A stretch of 64,000 nt of DNA. Source: Minisyncoccota bacterium. GTDB taxonomy: Bacteria; Patescibacteriota; Minisyncoccia; Phycocordibacterales; UBA12079. Each line of letters starts with the position of its first letter. The first letter of the stretch is position 1. This document shows positions 48,847 to 57,244 of this stretch, one piece after another. The translations under genes were made by a program, and so were the position numbers. The notes beneath the pieces are model-generated. The model ran no database searches. It saw only the letters and a list, made by a program, of their open reading frames with translations, and had not been told where the DNA came from. The DNA is taken from the NCBI GenBank assembly GCA_023140255.1, contig JAGLLX010000003.1, positions 7,485 to 71,484 on the forward strand. Reading direction: 5' to 3'.

Positions 48847-49476
48847 ATGAATTTTCACATAATTACAATTTTCCCAGAATCTTTTGATTCATATTTAAGT
48901 GAGTCTATTTTAGCGCGAGCAATTAAAGATAAGAAAATTAAAATAAAGTTTTATAATCCTCGGGATTATGTAAAAGAAGGAAGGGTAGATTTTAAACCTT
49001 ATGGAGGTGGTCCAGGAATGGTAATGAAAGCAGAACCCGTAATTAAAGCTATCGCTAAAGCAATAGGGAAAAAGAAAGATTTTGGAATTTTGTTTCTGTC
49101 ACCTAGTGGTAAAAAATTTGATAATAATTTAGCCAAACAATATTCAAAGAAATTTAAAGATATCATAATTATCAGTGGAAATTATGAAGGAATAGATTCT
49201 CGTGTAAAAAAAGTGTTTAAGATGCAGGAAATTTCTATTGGAGATTATGTCTTAACAGGTGGAGCTTTGCCGGCGATGGTTTTAATTGATGTCATTTCTC
49301 GTCAGGTAAAAGGAGTTTTGGGAAAGGAGGAATCGTTAGAAGAAAATAGAATTTCAAGTCCAGAAGTTTATACTCGTCCTGGAATAATTAAATATAGAAA
49401 GAAAGAATATAAAGTGCCAAAAATTTTGTTATCTGGTCATCACAAAAAAATTGATGAGTGGAGGGGGAGTCACTAG
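48847..49476 (+). CDS. trmD: tRNA (guanine37-N1)-methyltransferase
   Basis: PYGGGPGMVM; YEGID.R; SIGDYVLTGG; LLSGHH. Confidence 0.95.
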   Translation: MNFHIITIFPESFDSYLSESILARAIKDKKIKIKFYNPRDYVKEGRVDFKPYGGGPGMVMKAEPVIKAIAKAIGKKKDFGILFLSPSGKKFDNNLAKQYSKKFKDIIIISGNYEGIDSRVKKVFKMQEISIGDYVLTGGALPAMVLIDVISRQVKGVLGKEESLEENRISSPEVYTRPGIIKYRKKEYKVPKILLSGHHKKIDEWRGSH

Positions 49477-49725
49477 GGCATTAAAACATAAAAACAAAAA
49501 AACAAGACGGGCGAGGCTAAAGCCTCGCCCGTTGTTCTTAAATCCTAAATTTTAATTCTAGAATAATTTTTTGTGGATTTTTTTATTTCTAAAATATAAC
49601 TAGTGCAGTTAACTGCACTATATTCAACTTCTTTTAAAGACAGATTTTGGCGAAGCTAAAATCTGTCTGTTTTTTATGTTCTAGTGTTTTTATGTTTTAA
49701 TGTTCTTATGATATAATTTAATTTA

Positions 49726-50673
49726 ATGTTTAGAAAAAAAATCATAGTCCTAAGAGGAGGGCCTAGTTCAGAATATGAAGTTTCTATGAAAACAGGAACT
49801 AGTATTTTGGAAGCTTTATCAGATGAGAAATATGATATTTCTGATGTGGCTATCACCAAAGATAATAAGTGGTTTTTGGATGGTGTAGAAAAAACTCCTT
49901 CTGAAATATTAAAAAAATGTGATTTAGTTTTTAATGCCTTACACGGAGAATACGGAGAAGATGGAAAATTACAAAAATTCTTGGATACTTTTGGTGTGCC
50001 TTATACAGGGTCTAAAAACATTCCATCAGCTTTGGCGATGAATAAAATTTTAGCTAAAAAAGAGTATCAAAAAGCTGACATAAAAACTCCTATTCATTTA
50101 GAAATAGAAAAAGATAATTTCAGTATTGCAGAAATATTTAAAACTTTTCCTATGCCAGCAGTAATTAAACCAATTGGTTTAGGTTCTTCTGTGGGGGTAA
50201 GTATTGTTCAGACAGGAATAGAATTAGATAAGGTTTTGCAGGATGTTTTTGAGTATTCTGACAAAGCAATGATAGAAGAATATATTGAAGGGAAGGAGGC
50301 GACCTGTGGAGTGATTGATAATTTCAGAGGAGAAGAAGTTTACACATTACTTCCTGTGGAAATTATTCCAGAAAGTGGTTTTTTTGATTATGAATCAAAA
50401 TACGGAGGAGGTACTCAAGAAATCTGTCCAGGAAATTTCAGTGAAGCTGAAAAGAAAGAAATTCAGGATTTAGCAAAAAAAGCCCATCAAACTTTAGGTT
50501 TAAGAGATTATTCTCGTTCAGACTTTATTATTTCGCCAAAAAGAGGTATATATATATTGGAAACAAATTCTCTTCCAGGTTTAACTAAAGAATCTCTTTT
50601 CCCGAAATCTTTAGATGCTATTGGAAGTAATTTGGAAGAGTTCGTAGAACATTTAATAAATATTAACAAGTAA
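49726..50673 (+). CDS. ddl: D-alanine-D-alanine ligase
   Basis: GGPSSEYEVS; ALHGEYGEDG; GSSVG; ETNSLPG. Confidence 0.95.
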   Translation: MFRKKIIVLRGGPSSEYEVSMKTGTSILEALSDEKYDISDVAITKDNKWFLDGVEKTPSEILKKCDLVFNALHGEYGEDGKLQKFLDTFGVPYTGSKNIPSALAMNKILAKKEYQKADIKTPIHLEIEKDNFSIAEIFKTFPMPAVIKPIGLGSSVGVSIVQTGIELDKVLQDVFEYSDKAMIEEYIEGKEATCGVIDNFRGEEVYTLLPVEIIPESGFFDYESKYGGGTQEICPGNFSEAEKKEIQDLAKKAHQTLGLRDYSRSDFIISPKRGIYILETNSLPGLTKESLFPKSLDAIGSNLEEFVEHLININK

Positions 50674-50685
50674 TAAGATAAAACT

Positions 50686-51015
50686 ATGTCAAAAACAACT
50701 GATGTTACAAGTGAAAATTTTAAAGAAGAAGTTTTGGATTCAAATATTCCAGTATTAGTAGATTTTTGGGCTCCTTGGTGTCAGCCATGTTTAATGATGG
50801 GACCTGTTTTAGATGAATTAGCTGAAGATTTGGAAGGGAAGTTAAAAATCGTAAAAATAAATACAGAAATAATGGATAACCAAAATTTAGCAATTGAATA
50901 TCAAATTCAAAGTATTCCTAATATGAAATTATTTAAGAATGGAGCTGTGGCTAAAGATTATATCGGTTTAAGACAAAAAGAAATATTTAAACAAGAATTA
51001 AAATTAGAACTTTAA
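50686..51015 (+). CDS. trxA: Thioredoxin
   Basis: DFWAPWCQPC. Confidence 0.93.
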   Translation: MSKTTDVTSENFKEEVLDSNIPVLVDFWAPWCQPCLMMGPVLDELAEDLEGKLKIVKINTEIMDNQNLAIEYQIQSIPNMKLFKNGAVAKDYIGLRQKEIFKQELKLEL

Positions 51016-51020
51016 AAAAT

Positions 51021-51953
51021 ATGTCTGATAAAAAAACAAAATACCCTTTAATAATTATTGGAACAGGCCCTGCAGGATTGATGGCTTCAGTTTATGCTTC
51101 TCGTTATAAAATAGAACACCTGATGATAGGGGAATTTTTGGGAGGAATGATTATTGGAGCTCATAAAATCGGTAATTTCCCTGCAGAAAAAGAAATTTCT
51201 GGGATTGAATTGATTACTAGAATGAAAGAACAGGTGGATTCTTTGGGAGTTACAATGGTGCATAACAAGGTCGCTGATATTAAAAAAGAAGGTCAAGATT
51301 TTAAAATAACTACTCAAAACGGAAAAGAATTTCAGGCAGAGGCAATTCTTTTGGCTAACGGAACTGAAAATCGTAAATTAAATCTACCAAATGAAGATGA
51401 TTTTTTGGGTAAGGGGGTGTCATATTGTGCTACTTGTGACGCAATGTTTTTCCGCGATAAAATAGTGGTTGTTGTTGGTGGAAGTGATAGTGCTAATATG
51501 GCTTCATTATATTTAGCCGATGTTGCTAAAAAAGTTTATCAAATTTACCGTGGAGATAATTTGAAAGGAGAAGTTTTGAGAATTGAAAAAATAAAGAATA
51601 ACTCAAAAATAGAAGTAATTTATAATACGGAAGTTATGGCTTTGGTGGGAGATGGTAAGTTAGAAAAAGTTATTTTAAGTAATTCATATAACGGGCAAGA
51701 TGAACTTGTAGTTGATGGAATGTTTGTAGAAATCGGAACTATTCCTCAAGGGGAATTGGCTGAAGCTTTGTCTGTGGAAGTTGATGAAAAAAAATATATT
51801 AAAGTTGGAACTGATCAAAAAACAAATCAAGAGGGAGTTTGGGCAGCGGGGGATATTACAACAGGGTCAAATAATTTTCATCAAGTAATTACTGCTTGTA
51901 GTGAAGGAGCTATCGCCGCTGAATCTATTTTTAAATTTCTTCAGAATAAATAA
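51021..51953 (+). CDS. trxB: Thioredoxin reductase
   Basis: GTGPAG; GVSYCATCD; AAGD. Confidence 0.92.
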   Translation: MSDKKTKYPLIIIGTGPAGLMASVYASRYKIEHLMIGEFLGGMIIGAHKIGNFPAEKEISGIELITRMKEQVDSLGVTMVHNKVADIKKEGQDFKITTQNGKEFQAEAILLANGTENRKLNLPNEDDFLGKGVSYCATCDAMFFRDKIVVVVGGSDSANMASLYLADVAKKVYQIYRGDNLKGEVLRIEKIKNNSKIEVIYNTEVMALVGDGKLEKVILSNSYNGQDELVVDGMFVEIGTIPQGELAEALSVEVDEKKYIKVGTDQKTNQEGVWAAGDITTGSNNFHQVITACSEGAIAAESIFKFLQNK

Positions 51954-52052
51954 ATATTTTTCCACTTGTTTTTTATTTTTGCTTATTATATTATTTTAGA
52001 TAGGTTGTTCTTCCTTTTAATTTAGATTTAAATGGCTATGGGGGGAAAGAGA

Positions 52053-52286
52053 ATGGTAGAAGAAATTTTAAGAAGTCCGTGTTTGAAATGCTTGCTTAGT
52101 TTAGATAGAGAGACATGTTCTATGTATTGTTCTGTTTTGCAAGAGTACAGAAGAAAGATAGAGATATCTCCATATTATCAAAGTAAGAGGCATCATTTGT
52201 CTTCCCAAAGACTTTTGGAGGCGACTCCATCAACTCGCCATGTTTTGAAAGATGGTGACGAAAGTATAGAATTATGTTTAGCATAA
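52053..52286 (+). CDS. Small Cys-rich hypothetical protein
   Basis: RSPCLKC..CSMYC; G-rich SD; terminator 52296-52328. Confidence 0.5.
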   Translation: MVEEILRSPCLKCLLSLDRETCSMYCSVLQEYRRKIEISPYYQSKRHHLSSQRLLEATPSTRHVLKDGDESIELCLA

Positions 52287-52538
52287 TCTATACAAAAAAC
52301 CTGTGATTTGTATTAAATCACAGGTTTTCAAAATGTATTGTCTTTTTTATATAATTATTGTATAGTATCAAACAGATTGTAACTTGTTTGAAAATAAAAA
52401 AAGGGGGGAAAATGAGTAACGCAAGAAGTCCTTGCCACAAATGTGCATTTGTCTGGAACAAGGTATCTTTTATCAACCAACAATAAAGGCCTTTGATTGG
52501 AGTTGATGGTTTTCAATTTTAATGAGAGGGGGGGATTC

Positions 52539-52673
52539 ATGCTGAAATTTTTAATTTTTTTACTTGCAGTTATCCTTTTTGTTTTTGGAATCGTTTGTTT
52601 TAGAGCAGGTTCTTCTTTGATAGATTATAGTAAATCAAGTTTTGGATTTAAAGGAGATAAAAATGAAAGATGA
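52539..52673 (+). CDS. 44-aa membrane peptide (not in ORF track)
   Basis: GAGAGGGGGG SD; MLKFLIFLLAVILFVFGIVCF...; overlaps the next start. Confidence 0.5.
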   Translation: MLKFLIFLLAVILFVFGIVCFRAGSSLIDYSKSSFGFKGDKNER

Positions 52674-52905
52674 AAAAGTTCGTGAAGAACCTGTTGCTAT
52701 TTACACAAAGATAGGAATTATTGCTATGGCAGGAGTATTTTTTGGTCTAATCCTGTTGTATTTTGTCCCTGAGACCGTAGACACATTAGTCCCAATCACT
52801 ATCGGTATATTAGCTGTAGTTGGAATGACTTGTTTTAATCTGGATATTTTTGATCCGTCTTTTTCAGAAGAATTTCAAGATTCTGAAGATGACTCTTGTG
52901 AGTAA
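52663..52905 (+). CDS. Small two-TM membrane protein
   Basis: AAGGAG SD before ATG 52663; two hydrophobic helices, acidic tail. Confidence 0.55.
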   Translation: MKDEKVREEPVAIYTKIGIIAMAGVFFGLILLYFVPETVDTLVPITIGILAVVGMTCFNLDIFDPSFSEEFQDSEDDSCE

Positions 52906-52930
52906 ATTTTTTGTAAAGGAGGTGATTGAG

Positions 52931-53044
52931 ATGATAAGAAATAAAAATCTCTCAGAGAAATTAGCAAAAATTGCTTTACTTATTACTGCTGGAGTCTTTT
53001 TTTTATGTTTGGGAGTGGTTCTTTATTCTTGGTTTTTAAATTAA
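52931..53044 (+). CDS. Small single-TM peptide
   Basis: AAGGAGGTGA SD; terminator 53049-53083. Confidence 0.5.
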   Translation: MIRNKNLSEKLAKIALLITAGVFFLCLGVVLYSWFLN

Positions 53045-53134
53045 TCACAGCCGTTTGATGACACAAAAAGTCATCAAACGGCTTTTTGTTTTGGAAAAAA
53101 TTGTGGGGAAGGTATCTTTCAGATTCAAATATAT

Positions 53135-53323
53135 CAGGACTCGGTCACTCTCGTGGATATTTTATTTCGCAAGCTCATAAAATATCTCACTTCATTGACC
53201 TCCATTCACTCAAATTTTCCTCCCACTACGTTATAGGAAAATATATTTCGCTTGGTTCGAGTCCTGTCTGGTCCTACAAAATCAAAAAGTTCCAAAGCTT
53301 TTGCTTTGGAACTTAAGATTTTG
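53135..53323. other. Structured element 3' of tRNA-Ala containing an inverted copy of the tRNA 3' end
   Basis: 53254-53274 is the reverse complement of 53325-53345; 9-nt direct repeat CAGGACTCG at 53135; internal hairpins. Confidence 0.7.
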
Positions 53324-53396
53324 TGGACCAGACAGGACTCGAACCCGCCACCTCCGCAGTGCAAGTGCGGCGCTCTACCAGATGAGCTACTGGCCC
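53324..53396 (-). tRNA. tRNA-Ala (TGC)
   Basis: GGGCCAG/CTGGTCC with G3:U70; CCGCA-CTTGCAC-TGCGG; GGTTCGAGTCC. Confidence 0.95.
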
Positions 53397-53452
53397 AAAT
53401 TAACCTTCATTAACTATTGAATGATTATATCAAAACTCTTTGATAAGTAAAC

Positions 53453-53511
53453 CCTGTTAGAAATCCATTTCGTCTTGATTTTACTAGTTATACCCACTAA
53501 TTTCTAACGGG
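53453..53511. mobile_element. MITE-like element, divergent copy 4 (59 bp)
   Basis: CCTGTTAGAAAT/ATTTCTAACGGG; flanks GTAAAC/GTAAAT. Confidence 0.65.
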
Positions 53512-53539
53512 GTAAATACATTATGCTAAAATATAACTA

Positions 53540-54631
53540 ATGCGAGATCTAAAGAATAAAATAAAAAGTCGTACTAATCACCACCTGGTAAAAACGAAAT
53601 CTTGGTTTAAGAAAAATGAAAAATATCTAATTATTGGGTTTTTTACATTTGGTTTAATTGTAGATAATTTAACCTTAACTAGAATTGATCAAGTTTTTGA
53701 TAATTTAGTAATTTTAAGTTATTTATTTTTGGCTGTAATTAGTATTATTTTAATTAATTATTTTAAAGCTAAAGAAAATCAAGGTAAATATTCATATTTT
53801 TCAAAATTTGAGAAATATCTTCCTTTAGCTACTCAATTTGCTTTTGGAGGACTTTTTAGTGCTTATATTATTTTTTATACAAAATCTGCGTCTTGGGCGA
53901 CTAGTTGGTTTTTTCTTCTAATTATTTTTGGGTTATTTATTGGAAATGAGAAATTTAGAAAAAAATATAAGGAAATTGACTTCCAAATAAATATTTTATT
54001 TTTAGCGTTGTTTTCTTTTATGATTTTTTTCGTACCTGTTATCCTAAAACAAATAGGTGTTTGGATTTTTATTTTAAGTGGAGTTTTAAGTCTTTTATTA
54101 ATCTACGGCTTAATTAAATTTATCTCTTCCTTTGTTCTTGAAATAAGTCAAAAACGAAAAAAGGAAATATTTACACATATTATGGGTGTTTTTCTTTTAT
54201 TTAACTTGATGTATTTTTTAAATATTATTCCTCCAGTCCCTTTATCAATGAAAGAAATTGGAGTTTATAGAAATATAGAGAAAAGTGCTAACGGGGATTA
54301 TTTGTTAGAAGAGGTGGAAGTTCCTTGGTATTCTTTTGGAAATTATTTTATAAAAATATCCCAAGGGCCTGTTTATATTTATGCTTCAGTTTTTGCACCT
54401 ACTGATTTGGAAACGGAAATAATTTATGAATGGTTTCGTTATGATGAACAAAAAAATAGATGGCTTTCTTATGATGAAGTAAAATATTCAATTAAAGGAG
54501 GAAGAGGAGATGGTTATAGAGGATATGTGTATTCCGCTAATTTGGAAATAGGAGAGTGGAGAGTGGATGTAAAAACAAAATCAAGTTTAGTTATAGGAAG
54601 AATTAAATTTGAAATAAAAGATACAATTTGA
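53540..54631 (+). CDS. DUF2914-family membrane protein
   Basis: LTLTRID; QFAFGGLFS; IPPVPLS; GGRGDGYRG; GEWRV. Confidence 0.8.
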   Translation: MRDLKNKIKSRTNHHLVKTKSWFKKNEKYLIIGFFTFGLIVDNLTLTRIDQVFDNLVILSYLFLAVISIILINYFKAKENQGKYSYFSKFEKYLPLATQFAFGGLFSAYIIFYTKSASWATSWFFLLIIFGLFIGNEKFRKKYKEIDFQINILFLALFSFMIFFVPVILKQIGVWIFILSGVLSLLLIYGLIKFISSFVLEISQKRKKEIFTHIMGVFLLFNLMYFLNIIPPVPLSMKEIGVYRNIEKSANGDYLLEEVEVPWYSFGNYFIKISQGPVYIYASVFAPTDLETEIIYEWFRYDEQKNRWLSYDEVKYSIKGGRGDGYRGYVYSANLEIGEWRVDVKTKSSLVIGRIKFEIKDTI

Positions 54632-54701
54632 CTTAATAAATTATTTATTGTCTAACAGAAATAGCCGTTGACTTTTGTATTGATTTTGATAGTATATGGA
54701 C

Positions 54702-54782
54702 AGTACTTGAATCTTGGCTTGCCAAAATTTAGGTACTATGAAAAACATCGTTTTCCTTCGGGATTGCGGTGTTTTTCATTTG
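54702..54782 (+). ncRNA. Candidate two-hairpin small RNA
   Basis: TTGACT(54668)-16nt-TAGTAT(54690) upstream; hairpins 54702-37 and 54738-79 (cUUCGg loop). Confidence 0.4.
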
Positions 54783-54957
54783 TTAGGTAAAATGTAAGTT
54801 GGTTTTTAATTTTTAAAATGATAAAATCAAGAAGTTATTATAAATAAGTCAAAAGTCTATAAAGTCCATAAAGTTTATAAAGTAAAAAAATTACTCCGCA
54901 ATTTTTTTAAAAAAGACTTTCGACTTTCGACTTTATAGACTTTTAACTAAATTTATT

Positions 54958-55185
54958 ATGGGATTAAAAGATATGATGATGAAGAAGATGTTGAAGTCAC
55001 AACTAAAAGATGTGCCTGAAGCAGAACAAGAGAAAATTTTAAAAGTTGTTACTGAAAATCCAGAATTGTTTCAAAAAATTGGAACAGAAGTTCAAGCTAA
55101 AATGAAAGAGGGTAAAGATCAAATGACAGCTACTATGGAAGTTATGAGTAATTACCAAAACGAGTTAAAAGATATTCTTAAATAA
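54958..55185 (+). CDS. Small Met/Lys-rich hypothetical protein
   Basis: NPELFQKI..E..GKDQM; 2 nt upstream of ychF. Confidence 0.7.
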   Translation: MGLKDMMMKKMLKSQLKDVPEAEQEKILKVVTENPELFQKIGTEVQAKMKEGKDQMTATMEVMSNYQNELKDILK

Positions 55186-55187
55186 TT

Positions 55188-56282
55188 ATGTTATCAATCG
55201 GAATTGTTGGCTTACCTAATGTTGGAAAATCTACATTATTTAATGCTTTAACTGAAAAATCTGTTCTTGCAGAAAATTATCCTTTCTGTACTATTGACCC
55301 TTCTGTAGGGGTTGTTTCTGTGCCTGACGCTCGTTTAGACAAATTGAGTAAGTTTTCTAATTCTCAAAAAACAGTTCACACTGCGATTGAATTTGTAGAT
55401 ATTGCTGGTTTGGTAGCTGGAGCACACGAAGGGGAAGGTTTAGGGAATAAATTTTTAGCTAATATCCGTGAGACTGACGCTATTATTGAAATAGTCCGAA
55501 TTTTTGAAGATGAAGATGTAATTCATGTGAATGGAAAGATAGATCCAATGAGTGATATTGAAGTAATTAATTTAGAGTTAGTAATGGCTGATTTCCAAAC
55601 TGTTTCAAAGCGAATTGCTAATTTGGGAAGAGATTTAAAAAAAGGAGATAAAGATGCTGTTGCTGAAAATAATATTTTAGTAAAGATTGAAAAAGCTCTT
55701 GATGACGGAAAATTTGCTAGTTCAATAGAATGTAATGAAGAAGAGCAAAAAATGCTTAAGTCTTTAAATCTTTTAACTATTAAACCAATTTTGTATGCTT
55801 TTAATAAAAAAATGGGAGGAAAAAATTTAGATGAAATGGATGACCTCTGTTGGGAAGAAGTTTTAAAATTTTTAGAAACTTCAGATTCAAAATGGATAAA
55901 AATTGATACTCAAATAGAACATGAATTAAAAGATTTGCCCGAAGACGAAAGGGAAGAATATAAACAAACTTTAGGAGGTTCTTGTGACGATATTGATATT
56001 TTAATTAGAAAAAGTTATGAGCTTTTAGATTTGATTACTTTTTTGACTACAGGAGAAGAAGAGTCACGAGCATGGACAACCAAAAGAGATTCAATCGCTC
56101 CGATAGCAGGAACAGCTATTCATACAGATTTTAAAGATAAATTTATAAAAGCAGATGTTATTAATTGGGAAGATTTATTAAACGCGGGTTCTCGCGCTCA
56201 AGCCAGAGAAAAAGGCTTAATTAGAATTGAAGGAAAAGAATACATTGTTAAAGATGGTGATGTTATAGAATTCAAAATTTAA
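55188..56282 (+). CDS. ychF: Redox-regulated ATPase YchF
   Basis: GLPNVGKST; NYPFCTIDP; DIAGL; GLGNKFL; KDGDVI. Confidence 0.96.
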   Translation: MLSIGIVGLPNVGKSTLFNALTEKSVLAENYPFCTIDPSVGVVSVPDARLDKLSKFSNSQKTVHTAIEFVDIAGLVAGAHEGEGLGNKFLANIRETDAIIEIVRIFEDEDVIHVNGKIDPMSDIEVINLELVMADFQTVSKRIANLGRDLKKGDKDAVAENNILVKIEKALDDGKFASSIECNEEEQKMLKSLNLLTIKPILYAFNKKMGGKNLDEMDDLCWEEVLKFLETSDSKWIKIDTQIEHELKDLPEDEREEYKQTLGGSCDDIDILIRKSYELLDLITFLTTGEEESRAWTTKRDSIAPIAGTAIHTDFKDKFIKADVINWEDLLNAGSRAQAREKGLIRIEGKEYIVKDGDVIEFKI

Positions 56283-56301
56283 TTTAACTAAAAGTATTAT
56301 C

Positions 56302-56347
56302 AAAAAACTAAAAATAGTGCAATCGATTGCACTATTTTTAGTTTTTT
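56302..56347. terminator. Perfect 46-bp palindrome after ychF
   Basis: AAAAAACTAAAAATAGTGCAATC|GATTGCACTATTTTTAGTTTTTT; related 20-mer at 49601-49620. Confidence 0.75.
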
Positions 56348-56497
56348 TAAATTTTAAATTCAGTATTAAGTGGTATGTAGTAAGTATTATGTATATGGGT
56401 TTTAGCTTTCCGCCCAAGGCGGACAGGCGTAAAATCCGTTTGTTTTGTGTTTTTTAGTGATATAATTAAACTATTATTAATTATAACTAAAAATATC

Positions 56498-57034
56498 ATG
56501 GAAACTAAAAAAATATTAAAATGGCCTTTAATAATTGGAATAGTAATTGTTCTTAATCTATTCTTTTTGTATGCGGTTAAAGTAGCTTATCCAGAACCTG
56601 AATACGAAGACTATTGTCCAAAAGAGCAAGTAGTAAGAGCTATAGGTTCAGAAGAAGAGTGTCTTGAAGGAGGGGGACAATGGACTGAAAAACCTCATTA
56701 TGAAACTTATGCACCACAACTTGTGGAAGAATATGTTGCTGGTTATTGTGATCAACAATTTACTTGTCATGATGAATTTGATACTGCTCGGGAAGATTAT
56801 GAGAGAAATGTGTTTATAGCTTTGATTATTTTTGGAGTTATTTCTACCATTGTTGGTTTTATGACTTTAGGTAAGGAAGTAGTTTCAATTGCTCTTTCTC
56901 TAGGTGGAGTATTAGCCTTTATTATTGCTTCAGTGAGATATTGGAGATATGCAAGTGATTGGTTACATTTGGGAATTTTAGGACTTGCTTTAGCTGTTCT
57001 AATCTATTTAGCAATAAAAAAGTTTACTGAGTAA
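56498..57034 (+). CDS. Membrane protein with extracytoplasmic Cys-containing loop
   Basis: YPEPEYEDYC..C..GGQW..GYC..C; four TM helices. Confidence 0.7.
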   Translation: METKKILKWPLIIGIVIVLNLFFLYAVKVAYPEPEYEDYCPKEQVVRAIGSEEECLEGGGQWTEKPHYETYAPQLVEEYVAGYCDQQFTCHDEFDTAREDYERNVFIALIIFGVISTIVGFMTLGKEVVSIALSLGGVLAFIIASVRYWRYASDWLHLGILGLALAVLIYLAIKKFTE

Positions 57035-57155
57035 TTAATTTAAATTTAACGCATAACTTTGTCGGTTTCGGAAAAATTTATTTCACCGTATTTCCAATAC
57101 GTCTCAATAAATTTTTCTTTACCTCCTCGTTCTGCATCTAAATTAAAATTAATTA
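57032..57155. repeat. ~124-nt long-hairpin repeat, copy 2
   Basis: Homologous to 6574-6696; followed by a perfect 56-bp palindrome 57156-57211. Confidence 0.7.
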
Positions 57156-57244
57156 AAAAAAACAAAAAATCCATCGGCTCACTAGTGAGCCGATGGATTT
57201 TTTGTTTTTTTATCTTTAAACCTATGCTAAAATGGTTTTTAACT

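Noticed and set aside
53086-53316. 76-aa ORF in the track
   Set aside because: Coincides with the structured tRNA-associated element; TTG start, no protein features
57059-57244. N-terminal extension of LeuS
   Set aside because: Runs through palindromic repeats; the conserved start MKKYDH at 57245 follows a TGCTAAAAT promoter
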